In this document: in pieces, positions 28,953 to 39,769 of the stretch | How positions within the stretch are numbered: the first letter of the stretch is position 1 | Layout of the letters: every line of letters starts with the position of its first letter | IMG/VR virus record: IMGVR_UViG_3300032308_002578 | Span: 1 to 64,000 of that record | Reading direction: 5' to 3' (one strand) | From: a virus | Length of the DNA: 64,000 bases | The notes under the pieces: model-generated | Database searches by the model: none | The model's input: only the letters and a program-made list of their open reading frames with translations | What the model was told of the DNA's origin: nothing | Program-made: the position numbers and the translations under genes

Positions 28953-30602
28953 ATGGCTATTGAAATCGCAAGTTTGAGCGAACTGGATACTGCAAAAGTT
29001 GAGCAAATGGTTGCGAAACTTGCGCAGTATATGCAGGAGCGGCATCCGGAAGTGGAGTTGACCCGCGGCGTGTTTCATGACCTCGTGCTGTACTTCAACG
29101 GTGTTCTGAATGCGGCTATCCAAGAGAACATCGACCGGGTGCGGCAAAGCCAAAGCCTGTACGCCATCACGCAGAATCCGGCCCTTGCGGAGCCGGCTAT
29201 CGTCGATCAGGTACTGTCGAACTACAACCTGACCCGAGACGCAGGCACACCAGCCACCGGCGTAGTAACGCTGTTGCTTAATTTGCCGCTTACCACTCGA
29301 CTGACGACAGACGCGCTGTTCACGGCAAACGACGTGCAGTTCGCGCCTACGCAGAACTTTACCGCACTGCCGCCCGGGTCGACGCCAACCAACGACGGCG
29401 ACCGCGTCATGATCGACGTAGGCGACGGTACGTATGCGATCAACATCACGGCGCAGGCACTGACAGTCGGCGCAGCGGGTAATATTCGTCGGGGCGTCAC
29501 CGTGACACCGAACTTCGTGACCAACAACACGCTGGCGGCATTTGCGGCGTCGGACTTCATCGACGGACGCGACCCGCTGACCAACGCCGAGTACATCCAG
29601 AAGTTGCCCGAGGCGCTAGCGGCCAAGACGGTCGGCGGCCGGGCCAGTTACACCGCTACGATCAAAGCGCAACCGGCGTTTCAGAACATCAAACACCTGT
29701 CGATTCTCGGCTGCGGCGACGCTGAACAACAACGCGATCAACACAGCCTGTTTCCGATCTCCGGCGGCGGGAAGATTGACGTCTACGCGCAGACGAACAG
29801 TTATGCTCAAGAAACAGAGCACTTGCTGCGCGCGACATTCATCGGCACGTCGGCAAACGGGACGATTTGGCAGGTTACGCTGGACAAGAATACGTCGGCT
29901 GGGTTTTATGAGGTGCGCCGAATAGCCGCCGCAAATGACACGACAAGTTCTGGCTATCAGATCCTCACGGACGTCCGCGGCGTAGACACGGCTGACGCGC
30001 TGTTCGTGCCCGATATGCGCTATCTGGCCGAGACAGCCTACACGCGCTACCAGACCGCCGTGATCCAGTTCGAGGACCCGGACGTACCCACAGCCGGACT
30101 TGTGCCGAACGTTAGCAAGGCGTACTACCGCGTGCGTACGGTCGGCCTGCCGCTGGTGGCCGAACTGAACGACTTCCTGACCACGCGCGACCGGCGACCA
30201 CGCGGCACCGACATTCTGGTCAAAGCCGCGGTGCCGTGTTTCACCAAGATTGCGTTCCAGATCAGGACCGAGACTAACGACACGATTACAGACGCCACCA
30301 TCGCTGAAATCAAACAAGCGGTGGTAGACGCCGCGGCTAAGGTTGGCTTCTCTGGCCAACTCCACGCCTCAATCGTCGACAGCGCTGCGCACAAGTACCT
30401 ATCTGGCCGGCAGGTGGTCAGCAAAATCGACATGTTTGGGCGGATTCGTCGGCCAGACGGCTCTGCGGCGTATCTGCGCGACCCGGCGGTGCTGACGATC
30501 CCGAACGACCCGGCACGCTTGGTGACTGGCAGGACGACTGTATTTCTTGTAGGGGTCGACGACGTTTCAGTATCAGTCGCCGCGGCTGGCTTTCTGAATT
30601 GA
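28953..30602 (+). CDS. baseplate J-like protein
   Basis: GVFHDLV, SNYNLTR.AGT.ATG, A.TVGAAGNI and DG.D..TN.EY motifs of gpJ-like proteins. Confidence 0.8.
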   Translation: MAIEIASLSELDTAKVEQMVAKLAQYMQERHPEVELTRGVFHDLVLYFNGVLNAAIQENIDRVRQSQSLYAITQNPALAEPAIVDQVLSNYNLTRDAGTPATGVVTLLLNLPLTTRLTTDALFTANDVQFAPTQNFTALPPGSTPTNDGDRVMIDVGDGTYAINITAQALTVGAAGNIRRGVTVTPNFVTNNTLAAFAASDFIDGRDPLTNAEYIQKLPEALAAKTVGGRASYTATIKAQPAFQNIKHLSILGCGDAEQQRDQHSLFPISGGGKIDVYAQTNSYAQETEHLLRATFIGTSANGTIWQVTLDKNTSAGFYEVRRIAAANDTTSSGYQILTDVRGVDTADALFVPDMRYLAETAYTRYQTAVIQFEDPDVPTAGLVPNVSKAYYRVRTVGLPLVAELNDFLTTRDRRPRGTDILVKAAVPCFTKIAFQIRTETNDTITDATIAEIKQAVVDAAAKVGFSGQLHASIVDSAAHKYLSGRQVVSKIDMFGRIRRPDGSAAYLRDPAVLTIPNDPARLVTGRTTVFLVGVDDVSVSVAAAGFLN

Positions 30603-30612
30603 TAGGGCTGCC

Positions 30613-32334
30613 ATGCAAAAACAAGAATTCGTATATCCCGGTTCAGATCTTGACCGGAGCCGCAATTTGATTGCGCTGCTCGGCAGTTTCTGGTCGCGCA
30701 ACTATGCCGGGATCGATCAGATTCACTCGTACGTGGACGCAGTTGGCGAAACGGTCACCCAGTCGTATCGGAACGTGCTGGAAGCTGCCGCAGCCGTAAG
30801 CCGGTTTGACGTTCCGCTGTTTCACGAAGAACTGCTGGTTCCCGTGACGTTAAAAAAGCGCGAATTAAACAAAGGCGTCACAAGTCGGGACTTGTTCGAC
30901 CGTGGCGTAAAAACAATCGACGGTACGCTGACATTCGACCGGCCGCTGCAGAAAGAGTTCTTCGCGTTTCCCCTGCCGAAGAATCTTGTCGATGTCGCGC
31001 ACTTCTTTAACCGCATCGCATTTCCGACTGCAGCGTTCGCCAAAAACATTGACTTCCTCATTGACATCGAGCGCGGCGCCATCGTTTTTGCTTCGAACCC
31101 GTTTGAGAACGCGGCGTTTATTAAGCGGTTGTACGATCACGCCGGCGGGACAGACGAGGAAATCACGCTGTGGGGTTTCTGCGGCCAGTACGATTACAAC
31201 TACGTCTTTGAGCAGTTTGCCTACGCCATCAGCCTGAAACTGAAAACCAGCCAAGGCTACAAAGATCTGACAAACGCCATTATTACGGCGCTCATTGACG
31301 GTGGCTCGACCGCAAAAACACTGGATACGGCACTGACGGCGATCTGTGGTATTCCAGTCACAAGCGATCCGTATGAGACAGTCGAAGTCGTACAGTACGA
31401 CCGACAGGGCTTATTCATAGCCACCGACCGCAACGTGTACCGGTTCAGTTATAGCGCCACACCACTCGTGACTGTTGGGCAAAAACTTTCTGCCGGGAGT
31501 TATTTAGTGCGCGGGTTTGACGTAAGTGAGTTCTACACCGGAAACACTTACATCGCAGCCGACAACACACAGCAAGTTATCTGTCAAAGCGTCAGCGGCA
31601 CTGTCCTAGAGACAAATGAAAACGCCGATTTAACGACAGAGACTGATGAAGACCTCGTAATCAATCTGGACGCCACCACGTGCCGGCGGGTGCGGCAGGA
31701 CATCTCGGCGCTCGCGCTGGATGCTGGCTTCCTGTCGGCCTGTTTCTACGGCGATCTAGTATTTGAAAACAAAGACGTACCGTTAGAGGTCGACGTCGAT
31801 CATCCAAGCGGTTTTACGTACGTGAAATTTGGCCTCGGCGGCCTTCCGGCGGACGTCGAGCATTTTTTCGACGAATTACACGCGCGGGGCATACATTACG
31901 CCACGCAGCCGCCGAACCCGTGCCACCCCGGCCGCCGCCAAGGCACGCTGGCGCAAATGCTCGATAGCCGTGTGCAGCCAGAAACACAGCCAACAACCGC
32001 GCATTTACCGAATACTATTAATCCGCTGAAATTCCTCATCGAAAACGTGCTGCGTAACAACGTTTTCGTGGTCAGAATCTTCGTACCCGCGTTGGGGCAA
32101 AATCATCTCGGACTGTACAATATTAGGCACCTTCGGCAATTAATACCGCCGCAGACGGCTATGGTGGTCGTTTTTGAACTAGTTATGGATTTAGATACGA
32201 TTGACGCTAACGACCATATTGCAGAGGATGTAAATACGTTTACCGGGCTGGAACCGCAGGCAGACACGATCTCCGACACCCTGCTGCGGGATATCGGGGT
32301 TACCGCGCATCTGGTGTCCGGCACGTGCCAATAA
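30613..32334 (+). CDS. baseplate wedge protein
   Basis: 573 aa after the J-like gene; ends with LRQLIPPQT, typical of gpI-like wedge proteins. Confidence 0.55.
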   Translation: MQKQEFVYPGSDLDRSRNLIALLGSFWSRNYAGIDQIHSYVDAVGETVTQSYRNVLEAAAAVSRFDVPLFHEELLVPVTLKKRELNKGVTSRDLFDRGVKTIDGTLTFDRPLQKEFFAFPLPKNLVDVAHFFNRIAFPTAAFAKNIDFLIDIERGAIVFASNPFENAAFIKRLYDHAGGTDEEITLWGFCGQYDYNYVFEQFAYAISLKLKTSQGYKDLTNAIITALIDGGSTAKTLDTALTAICGIPVTSDPYETVEVVQYDRQGLFIATDRNVYRFSYSATPLVTVGQKLSAGSYLVRGFDVSEFYTGNTYIAADNTQQVICQSVSGTVLETNENADLTTETDEDLVINLDATTCRRVRQDISALALDAGFLSACFYGDLVFENKDVPLEVDVDHPSGFTYVKFGLGGLPADVEHFFDELHARGIHYATQPPNPCHPGRRQGTLAQMLDSRVQPETQPTTAHLPNTINPLKFLIENVLRNNVFVVRIFVPALGQNHLGLYNIRHLRQLIPPQTAMVVVFELVMDLDTIDANDHIAEDVNTFTGLEPQADTISDTLLRDIGVTAHLVSGTCQ

Positions 32335-32343
32335 GGAAACGCT

Positions 32344-32973
32344 ATGGCTACCGACAAAATCAATGCTGGCGGGTTTGGCGTTCGTGGGCACGTCACCCTG
32401 TGGCAAGTAGACGAAAAAACCGGCCTGAAGCTCCCCCTAGGCGCGCAACCGAATCAAATTCAATATTCGTGGGGTTTTGCTGCGGCCAAGCAACTGGGCT
32501 TCCGGCCAAACCCGGAGCGCCCGAGCTACCACATTTCGGCTATGTATATCGAATTCGAAAATCAGGCTGATCCGGCGGTCGTGATCGCCGTTTCGCCGTT
32601 CGACCGAGATCTGGGGATCGGCTACTACAACGGCCTGCTCACCTCCGGCAACCGCGACTTTCTCCGCATCCCACTCAGCGTCGAGCCGGCCACGTCGGTC
32701 TCTGCTGGGTTTGAAGCCAACCTGCCTGTTGATCAGCAGGCGAACCAACTCACGTTTTTTGTGCAGACGTCGGGCACTACGGGCGTTCACGGCAAAACAT
32801 TCAGCCACGTAGTAAACAGCAAAGTGTATTCGGCTGCGCTCGTCGCCGCGCCGCACATTGGCGACCGGACGAAAGACGTAATATTTGCGCGGACAATTCT
32901 TTCGCCGGCCAATCAGGTCACAAAAGAAGCGTCATCGCAAGTCGGAATCACATGGGACGTGGCGTTCGAATAA
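32344..32973 (+). CDS. baseplate/tail-fibre attachment protein
   Basis: GHVTLW...N.I and IFARTIL...K...QVGITW motifs; SD AAGGA. Confidence 0.55.
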   Translation: MATDKINAGGFGVRGHVTLWQVDEKTGLKLPLGAQPNQIQYSWGFAAAKQLGFRPNPERPSYHISAMYIEFENQADPAVVIAVSPFDRDLGIGYYNGLLTSGNRDFLRIPLSVEPATSVSAGFEANLPVDQQANQLTFFVQTSGTTGVHGKTFSHVVNSKVYSAALVAAPHIGDRTKDVIFARTILSPANQVTKEASSQVGITWDVAFE

Positions 32974-33001
32974 TCGCGTAAATATACGCCGGAGGACACG
33001 G

Positions 33002-34873
33002 ATGTCCGGAAACTGGCTTCATAACATTAAACACGTTCAGCCCGGCGAACCCGTCGAGGCTGGTGTCGTCGGTCGTCCGGATCGCACCCTTGAGGAGCGC
33101 ACCGAGTATTTAAAAGACCGGCTCGACGCCGCCGAACTTGGGCGGGCGTTGTTTGACAGTGACGCCTCGATTGCGCCGGACGTTATGCCGGGCCATCCGG
33201 TGTACTGGAACTACGTCAGCCAGCGCTACGAAAAGGCTCTGGCCGCTGTCTCTGTTGAGCAAACGACACAGACACTGACTGTGCAGCCGTCCTCGGACTG
33301 CGTAGGCATCTGCTACCGCAAGAAGTCGTCCACGCTGGCCGACATCGTCCTGCGTGGCATCGTAGCTATCCCCGAGTTAACAAACGCCATCGGGCCGACC
33401 ATTGCGCCCGGGCGGTATTACCTGTCCGCGGTCGAGCCGGGCAAACTCGTTCAACAGCGGCCCGCGGTAACTGTTTACGTTTGTTACGTGCAGGGCCCGA
33501 AGGACAACTGCTCGGACGTGCCGCGCGTGGTGGTCATGCCGCACGTGCGCGACTTCCTCGATGATCATACGCACTACCGGTTTGATCTGGTGTGTCAGCC
33601 CGCCGGCAATCTGGCAAGCACAATAGTTAACGATGTACAGCAAGTCAGCATCTTGACCACCCCGCAGAGTCCGAATCTGCCCGGTTGGCTCCCGGCAAAC
33701 CACGAGATTTTCGCTGGCAAGGCGCCCGCTGGTGCTGTGTTTGGTTACAACCTGTCGCAGCATTTGGCGCTGTCGCGCGTCTGGCCGCCACTTCCCGTGC
33801 AATCCGTGGCCGTGCTGTGGGACAAGGGCCTCGACCACGTTGGCGCGACTGAGGTACCGCTAGGCCGCACCGGGCTCGTGACCTGTGACGTCAACGGTAT
33901 TTGGTGGATGAGCAACTGTTACGGCGACACGCCGTGGCCTGCTAATTACACCAGCGCACCGATTGAGGTCACAAACCCGCCTGTCGCCGAGTGCCCGCGC
34001 GAAGAGGGTATGCGCATTTCGGTTGTGTACTTGCGTATGCTGCTCAGCAATGACCGCCGAATGGTGACAAAACTTGAGCCGGGACCGGACAGCCCGATCA
34101 CAGTGACAAACTGCGACGGCCTGCCCGCGACCACTGGCGACCTTGAATTAAACCTCAACCTGCAAGTCGACCCCACCGAAATCAAAGGCGGCGAGGCGTT
34201 CAAGGCTGTCCTGAACGGGCGCAAACTGCAGAAGGGTTGGCTAGCCGAAGGTTTTATCGCGCACAACCAGCCGCAGGTAACAGTCACCAGTAGCCGCACG
34301 CGTAATTTGACTACGAACGAAAAAGATCTGCTGGAATTGCCGCTGACCGATACGGTTGTCGCGCATCAGGGCTTAATCAATTTCAACTTCGACAACCAGT
34401 TTGCGGATCGGGAGATTTTGCCGCAAATCATCAGACTGAGCGACACGGTTGAGCGGCTGTACATGGATATCCCGTATCTGGGCTTCCCGGCCGGGCAGGC
34501 GTCGCTGCTGCGTATCCGATTGAACGTACCCGACGCCAATCTGGGTACAAATTTGCAAATGAAAATCCGCGTGCGGTACTTCGGGCGCGGCACCGCGGCG
34601 CAGTCGATACCGGCGCTGTATATGACGTACCGCCGGCTTGTGAAACCCGCTACGACTGGCACGGGGCTGGTGCTGGAAGACAACACTGACGTGACGTTTA
34701 ATTCAGTCGTAGCGCTTCCGGTTAATACCGTTGTCGAACGCGACAGTTCAAATTTTGATGTCGCTGAGGGCGACGTAGTCCTCGTAACTCTCGGCCGCGC
34801 GGATGGCGATAGCTACCCGGAAGTCGGCGTACTTCGTATCTCGGGGATTATCTCTAAAAAGCCGACAGTGTAA
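33002..34873 (+). CDS. virion structural protein (fibre/baseplate)
   Basis: ATG 33002 after GGAGG; N-terminal V..RPDRTLEERTEYLKDRL as in proximal fibre proteins. Confidence 0.6.
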   Translation: MSGNWLHNIKHVQPGEPVEAGVVGRPDRTLEERTEYLKDRLDAAELGRALFDSDASIAPDVMPGHPVYWNYVSQRYEKALAAVSVEQTTQTLTVQPSSDCVGICYRKKSSTLADIVLRGIVAIPELTNAIGPTIAPGRYYLSAVEPGKLVQQRPAVTVYVCYVQGPKDNCSDVPRVVVMPHVRDFLDDHTHYRFDLVCQPAGNLASTIVNDVQQVSILTTPQSPNLPGWLPANHEIFAGKAPAGAVFGYNLSQHLALSRVWPPLPVQSVAVLWDKGLDHVGATEVPLGRTGLVTCDVNGIWWMSNCYGDTPWPANYTSAPIEVTNPPVAECPREEGMRISVVYLRMLLSNDRRMVTKLEPGPDSPITVTNCDGLPATTGDLELNLNLQVDPTEIKGGEAFKAVLNGRKLQKGWLAEGFIAHNQPQVTVTSSRTRNLTTNEKDLLELPLTDTVVAHQGLINFNFDNQFADREILPQIIRLSDTVERLYMDIPYLGFPAGQASLLRIRLNVPDANLGTNLQMKIRVRYFGRGTAAQSIPALYMTYRRLVKPATTGTGLVLEDNTDVTFNSVVALPVNTVVERDSSNFDVAEGDVVLVTLGRADGDSYPEVGVLRISGIISKKPTV

Positions 34874-34881
34874 GGTGAGCC

Positions 34882-35826
34882 ATGCCTATCGGAAATTGGA
34901 ACCTACAATGGCTCAACCACAACTCGCAGCGGTCGTACCCGCTGACTGAGCGGGCCACTAAGGTAGACACAACTGAAACTATCCGCATTCCCGACAGTTT
35001 CATTGTCGGGCTGTATTTTCCCGTCCATGCCGGCACGGCAGTTTCGCCTAGCAACTTTTTTGTTAAATCGCTGTTAATTGCTCCCACCGGCTTTAATATC
35101 GTCATCGGCTACAGTGACGGGACCACTACCGTCGACGTAGCCGCGGCGAACGTAGTCCGCAGCAACTACCTGCCCAACAGGTCATACGCGCTGGGCGGAC
35201 TCGATGGGTTTGACGAATCTGTCGGGCAGGTCGTGCTCGGACCGCTGGACGAAATCAATCCGTTGCCGTACGGCCTGTATACGTTTACGCCAGAAGCCGG
35301 CGAACTGGAATCAGACGCCATTCGGCCGATGATTCGTGGCGTCAGTAGCCTGCGTGTCGTAAACGGACAAGAAACAAGCGCTGCCATCTACGGGCACGTC
35401 ACGCTGGTGGCTGGGCCCAACATTCGGCTCGACGTGGGCACTGCGTCTGGCGGCGAAACCGAGATCACGTTCAGGGCCATCTCCGGCGAGAACCTGACGC
35501 AAGACTGCGCCTGCGATATTCCAGATTCGGGTGAGTGCATCCGGTGCATCAACGGCGTGTGCAGTACGGACGGCACATTTATTCTGGCCCAAGACGACTG
35601 TATTGAAATTACGCCAATTACAAACGGGCTGTCGTTCGCCGATACGTGCGCGCAGCCATGCTGCGGCTGCGCAGAACTGGACGCCATCACAACGCAAATC
35701 AATCGCTTTGGCGACGGCGTAACAACGCTGCAAAATTTTGTCACGCGGCTCGGGTCTGAAGTTACACAGATGAGCCTTGTCGTACTAGGCAGCAAATTGG
35801 GCGATTCCAGTTGCTCGGGAGGGTGA
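34882..35826 (+). CDS. Cys-rich fibre-associated protein, paralog 1
   Basis: N-terminal WLNHNSQRSYPL and IRCINGV..DGTF motifs; CAQPCCGC. Confidence 0.65.
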   Translation: MPIGNWNLQWLNHNSQRSYPLTERATKVDTTETIRIPDSFIVGLYFPVHAGTAVSPSNFFVKSLLIAPTGFNIVIGYSDGTTTVDVAAANVVRSNYLPNRSYALGGLDGFDESVGQVVLGPLDEINPLPYGLYTFTPEAGELESDAIRPMIRGVSSLRVVNGQETSAAIYGHVTLVAGPNIRLDVGTASGGETEITFRAISGENLTQDCACDIPDSGECIRCINGVCSTDGTFILAQDDCIEITPITNGLSFADTCAQPCCGCAELDAITTQINRFGDGVTTLQNFVTRLGSEVTQMSLVVLGSKLGDSSCSGG

Positions 35827-35829
35827 GTC

Positions 35830-37350
35830 ATGGCGTGCCCAGATTTCGCCATTTCCCAGTCCGGCCGCCGCGGGGTCGGCGTTATCCAAGCCCACAGCGG
35901 CTTGGACTATCCGTTCTTCGCCCCGTCGGAAGATATTCGCTATCTCGTCGCTGACTTTTATCTGGCGTACGAAGCCCCGGAAAGCGAATGGCGCAATCAG
36001 CCGCCATCCCCGCCGTTCCGCCTGCAATATCTTTACAATTTTGGCTGCATTGTAAATACACGACCAGTCGGGTTTCCGGAAGAACCGGCCAACAGCTCAG
36101 GTATTATTGTCGTCGACGCGCATGACAATACAGTATTTGACTCAATCACTCAGCCGGCGGAGTACGCAGCGCGGGACTGGGGCGCCGACTACACGGTGAT
36201 CGAATGGCGTACGGACACAGCGACGTGTCGGATGCTGATTTACAAGACATGGCCTGAAACAGACGACAACAAACGCAATTACCCTGTCTATTTAGCGCCG
36301 CAACAGGCAGTGCTGGACGCCCGCACGCTCTACCGGATTCCAGACCGTGTAAAGTCGATCAGCGTTCGCAACGGCACAGCGCCATCGGAGCAGTTCCGCG
36401 GCGACATCGTTTTTCGCAACAGCTACAACACCGAAATTGTCGCCGGCGCTCCCGCTACGACTAATTTCAAAGTTACGACGCCAGTCACGTTCTCTGCTGT
36501 CCCGGGTTCAGGCGAAGGAAAATATCCCTGCGACGCAGATTTCAATATCAATGATTTGCGTGTAATTACGCAAATCAATGGCCTGTCCGGGAATAACGGC
36601 GATTTTACATTGTCAGGCAAAGACTGCCTGTGGCTGCGACGCCCGACGATTTACGCCGACGAAACGGCCACCGCGTCGCCAACAGCAAACCTTCAAATTG
36701 GTGCGGACTGTAAGCCGTGCTGCGCCTGCGAAGATTACGCCAGTACAGCGCTGTACATGAATAGTGTCCGCGACCGCTACAAACTGATCGGCACCCGCGC
36801 TGAGGCTGTGCGGTCGCGGCACGAGGAAAACATCGCGCGTTGGAACGAGTATCGTATTTGCAGCGTGCAGTCGCCGTTGCGTTTAATTTTCGTGCCCCAG
36901 CGCTGCCCGTACATAGACGTAGTGCTGCTGCTTTGCAATCCGTGCCAGTCGTGCCTGCCGACCAGCACGCTGACGTTAACACTGACCGCTGAGGGCGACG
37001 CCGTCACATCCGCCGAAGAGCCAGTAACTGCCGAAATCGCCTGCGGTTACACGGCGATGTACGCCACTGGAATTAATGGCGCTGCAACGTCAATCGACAC
37101 GACCGGCACGATGACGTACGCCGTCACGTTCCCGCAACTGCAACCGGGCGATTCGGCTTATGTTAAATTCCGACTCAAGTTCTCATTGAAAGCGCCGTAC
37201 CTTATTCGTGGCGCGCTGACTGGTGTACTTACTGTCTCTGAGCAACCTATCACCATCGACTGTGACGGCGTTTCGACAGAACCGGCGCAGGCAGAAGCCG
37301 CACAGACGATCTACTGCGACGAAACCGGCAACACTGAGATGCCCTGTTAA
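35830..37350 (+). CDS. Cys-rich fibre-associated protein, paralog 2
   Basis: DYPF and ITQINGL..NGDFTL motifs; CKPCCAC. Confidence 0.65.
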   Translation: MACPDFAISQSGRRGVGVIQAHSGLDYPFFAPSEDIRYLVADFYLAYEAPESEWRNQPPSPPFRLQYLYNFGCIVNTRPVGFPEEPANSSGIIVVDAHDNTVFDSITQPAEYAARDWGADYTVIEWRTDTATCRMLIYKTWPETDDNKRNYPVYLAPQQAVLDARTLYRIPDRVKSISVRNGTAPSEQFRGDIVFRNSYNTEIVAGAPATTNFKVTTPVTFSAVPGSGEGKYPCDADFNINDLRVITQINGLSGNNGDFTLSGKDCLWLRRPTIYADETATASPTANLQIGADCKPCCACEDYASTALYMNSVRDRYKLIGTRAEAVRSRHEENIARWNEYRICSVQSPLRLIFVPQRCPYIDVVLLLCNPCQSCLPTSTLTLTLTAEGDAVTSAEEPVTAEIACGYTAMYATGINGAATSIDTTGTMTYAVTFPQLQPGDSAYVKFRLKFSLKAPYLIRGALTGVLTVSEQPITIDCDGVSTEPAQAEAAQTIYCDETGNTEMPC

Positions 37351-37352
37351 TC

Positions 37353-38972
37353 ATGTCTATCCGTAATCAAAACTGGTACAACCTGCAATCGACACGGCGC
37401 TACCCGCTGGACGAAACCAGCACGGGCGACGGCGATGACGGCACGACTATGCGCGACGACATTCTCGTCGATTGCCATATTCGTTTCCCCAGCACCTACG
37501 GCGAATACCTGTACGTGCAGGGCATTACCGTGTCGGCTGGTCTGGTTACGGTACTCTTCGGAGCAGCAAACAATTTACAAGCCGCTACGGGCGTGACGAT
37601 TGCGACAGTAGCGCTGCCGAAACCCGTAGCGCCTAGCGTCAATTACGCCGTGACTGGATTGATTCCCGGTGTATCTGGCTGGGTGGTGTTCGGCCCGGGT
37701 ATCGACACAAATTTTGTCGGGCGTTACACAAAGCCCAGCCAGAGTCTGGTGGCTCCTCGCTGCGGCCGGCCGATTCGCGCGCTGCCGATTCCGACGATGG
37801 GCAAACTCGGCGTCGCAACATCGCTACAAGGGCTTGTCACTTTAAATGCGGTGACGCCGGTCAAAGTCACGTACAAAGAAAATGCCGGCGACGTGGTCCT
37901 TGGCGCTAATGGTCACATTATTCGGCAGGCCAAGCAGGCGCTCATATTTGAATTAGATCAGTCGCTCGCCAACGACACCTACAATCCGCTGTCGTTGTTT
38001 TTGGGTCCGTGTAGCCAGCGCCCCGAAAGTGGCACATGCCCCAAGACGCCGATTGAGTCAATTAACGGCGTCACGCCGGATTGCGACGGTAATATTGAAA
38101 TTGAATTCCCAGGTTTTACGGCGCGCGATATTTCTTGCGGGTATTCCTGTTGCGGCGTCGATGTACTAGCTGACGTAAGTCTGTCGGAAACGTGCTTGGC
38201 TGGGCTGCCAGATCCGCAAAAACAGTTCACAGACATCTGCTGCACGCCGCAACCAAACACGCCTGTTGATGAGTATTGCTGGGCTGACCCGACGCCAAAT
38301 ATCGACGTAGTTATCGATGATCCGCTGCAATTTAATTACACCTGCGCGACGTTGCCCGTGTGCCTCGATTTTTCATCCTGCGCCGAGCCGATTGACATGC
38401 TCACGGCGTCGGGTTCGTTCATGCCCGTGCAGACCGAGGCGCCGGATTTGTGTAACAGCCCAAACACGTCCGGCAATCACTTCACCTACGCCGCGATCGG
38501 CAATGCGCTTAATCTTGCGTTATTTAAAAACTGCACATCAGATTGGGCGTTGAATCACACGATCCGTACGCAATTAAAAATTAGCGCAAAAGGCATAAAC
38601 CGAAATGGCGGTCTCGTATTGAACTACCGGCAAGAAGTCGGCACTGCGGCGCTCCGCACGACATACATCGTCGTGCTGCTTGACGTAAATCGCCACCGGT
38701 TGCGTGTGCTGCGATATACAGGCAGTAGTTTTATTGAAGAACATTTCGTCACAATCAGCGCTAAGACTAATACGTGGTACACCATCTCAGCCACACCGAT
38801 TGCCAACGAAAACGACACGGTGACGCTTGAGTTTGCGGCTGCGGTGCTGGACGGGAGTAAGCCCACGGTTACCGGCAGCGTCACACTAAGCCAATACGGC
38901 ACGCCGACCGGCCAAGCGGGCATATTTACTCGCCAGTCTTATGCGTATTTCAACCAGTTTAGAATCGATTAA
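37353..38972 (+). CDS. Cys-rich fibre-associated protein, paralog 3 (possible C-terminal lectin-like beta domain)
   Basis: WYNLQSTRRYPL and IESINGVTPDCDGNI motifs; C-terminus NGGLVLNY...NTWYTI...GQAGIF...FNQFRI. Confidence 0.65.
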   Translation: MSIRNQNWYNLQSTRRYPLDETSTGDGDDGTTMRDDILVDCHIRFPSTYGEYLYVQGITVSAGLVTVLFGAANNLQAATGVTIATVALPKPVAPSVNYAVTGLIPGVSGWVVFGPGIDTNFVGRYTKPSQSLVAPRCGRPIRALPIPTMGKLGVATSLQGLVTLNAVTPVKVTYKENAGDVVLGANGHIIRQAKQALIFELDQSLANDTYNPLSLFLGPCSQRPESGTCPKTPIESINGVTPDCDGNIEIEFPGFTARDISCGYSCCGVDVLADVSLSETCLAGLPDPQKQFTDICCTPQPNTPVDEYCWADPTPNIDVVIDDPLQFNYTCATLPVCLDFSSCAEPIDMLTASGSFMPVQTEAPDLCNSPNTSGNHFTYAAIGNALNLALFKNCTSDWALNHTIRTQLKISAKGINRNGGLVLNYRQEVGTAALRTTYIVVLLDVNRHRLRVLRYTGSSFIEEHFVTISAKTNTWYTISATPIANENDTVTLEFAAAVLDGSKPTVTGSVTLSQYGTPTGQAGIFTRQSYAYFNQFRID

Positions 38973-38974
38973 TC

Positions 38975-39769
38975 ATGGCAGACGCGCGCATACTATTTCC
39001 AGAGTTTCGCGACGAGCAGTCGGATTCAAAGTATCCGTTTGCGGATTACGTCACGCTTGCCGCGAACGAACGCGCGGTCACTATCGCCAGCGATACATTT
39101 GTCGACGCCACGTTTTTTCCGATTGACGCTGGCGCTGGTTTGTACATCTCTGCCATTACAGTCACGGCACAAACTATTTCAATCGCGGTAGGCGACCGCA
39201 ACACACCTGCGCTGATTACAAGCACGTACTCTGCGCCGTCTCCGCCAGCCGACGGCGTATTACCGTTTTTTGACACGTATGGCCGGCCAGCCGGCATGCT
39301 GTTGTCGACCCCGCTGAATCTTGGGCGGCTTTCAACGTGGCTAGAGGGTACATATACGTTTGACCGCACTGCCACGGAATTTGTTGCCACCGTTTGCATA
39401 CCCGCGCGGGAGCCGGGCGTACGCGGCATTTTGACGCCAGCCGGCGAATTACTGGCAGGTGACGTGTGGTTGGTCGGCGACGCTGGCGTGATTATTCGCG
39501 GCGCCGAAGAAAGCGGCATTCGCGTCGACGTAATCGGCGTGCCGCTCTTTAAGCGGTTTGTCTGCGAGCCGCTCGACGACTTTCCCGCCAAGAATTACTT
39601 GCGCACGATCAACGGCTGCGGCCCTGATCAGTTCGGCAATTTTACAATTACCGCAACTGGACAGGGCGTCAACGCGCGGACAGCCGGTACGAAAGACGAC
39701 ACAGTGTTGCGTGTTTACCCGCAGAACGGAACAATCGTATTCGACACCGTCGGTAGGAGTACGAACTAA
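38975..39769 (+). CDS. fibre-associated protein, paralog 4
   Basis: FRDEQSDSKYPF and LRTINGCGPDQFGNFTI motifs. Confidence 0.65.
   Translation: MADARILFPEFRDEQSDSKYPFADYVTLAANERAVTIASDTFVDATFFPIDAGAGLYISAITVTAQTISIAVGDRNTPALITSTYSAPSPPADGVLPFFDTYGRPAGMLLSTPLNLGRLSTWLEGTYTFDRTATEFVATVCIPAREPGVRGILTPAGELLAGDVWLVGDAGVIIRGAEESGIRVDVIGVPLFKRFVCEPLDDFPAKNYLRTINGCGPDQFGNFTITATGQGVNARTAGTKDDTVLRVYPQNGTIVFDTVGRSTN

Noticed and set aside
12145-32973. Tailocin, eCIS or T6SS interpretation
   Set aside because: Capsid-module genes and a terminase are present, which indicates a true phage.
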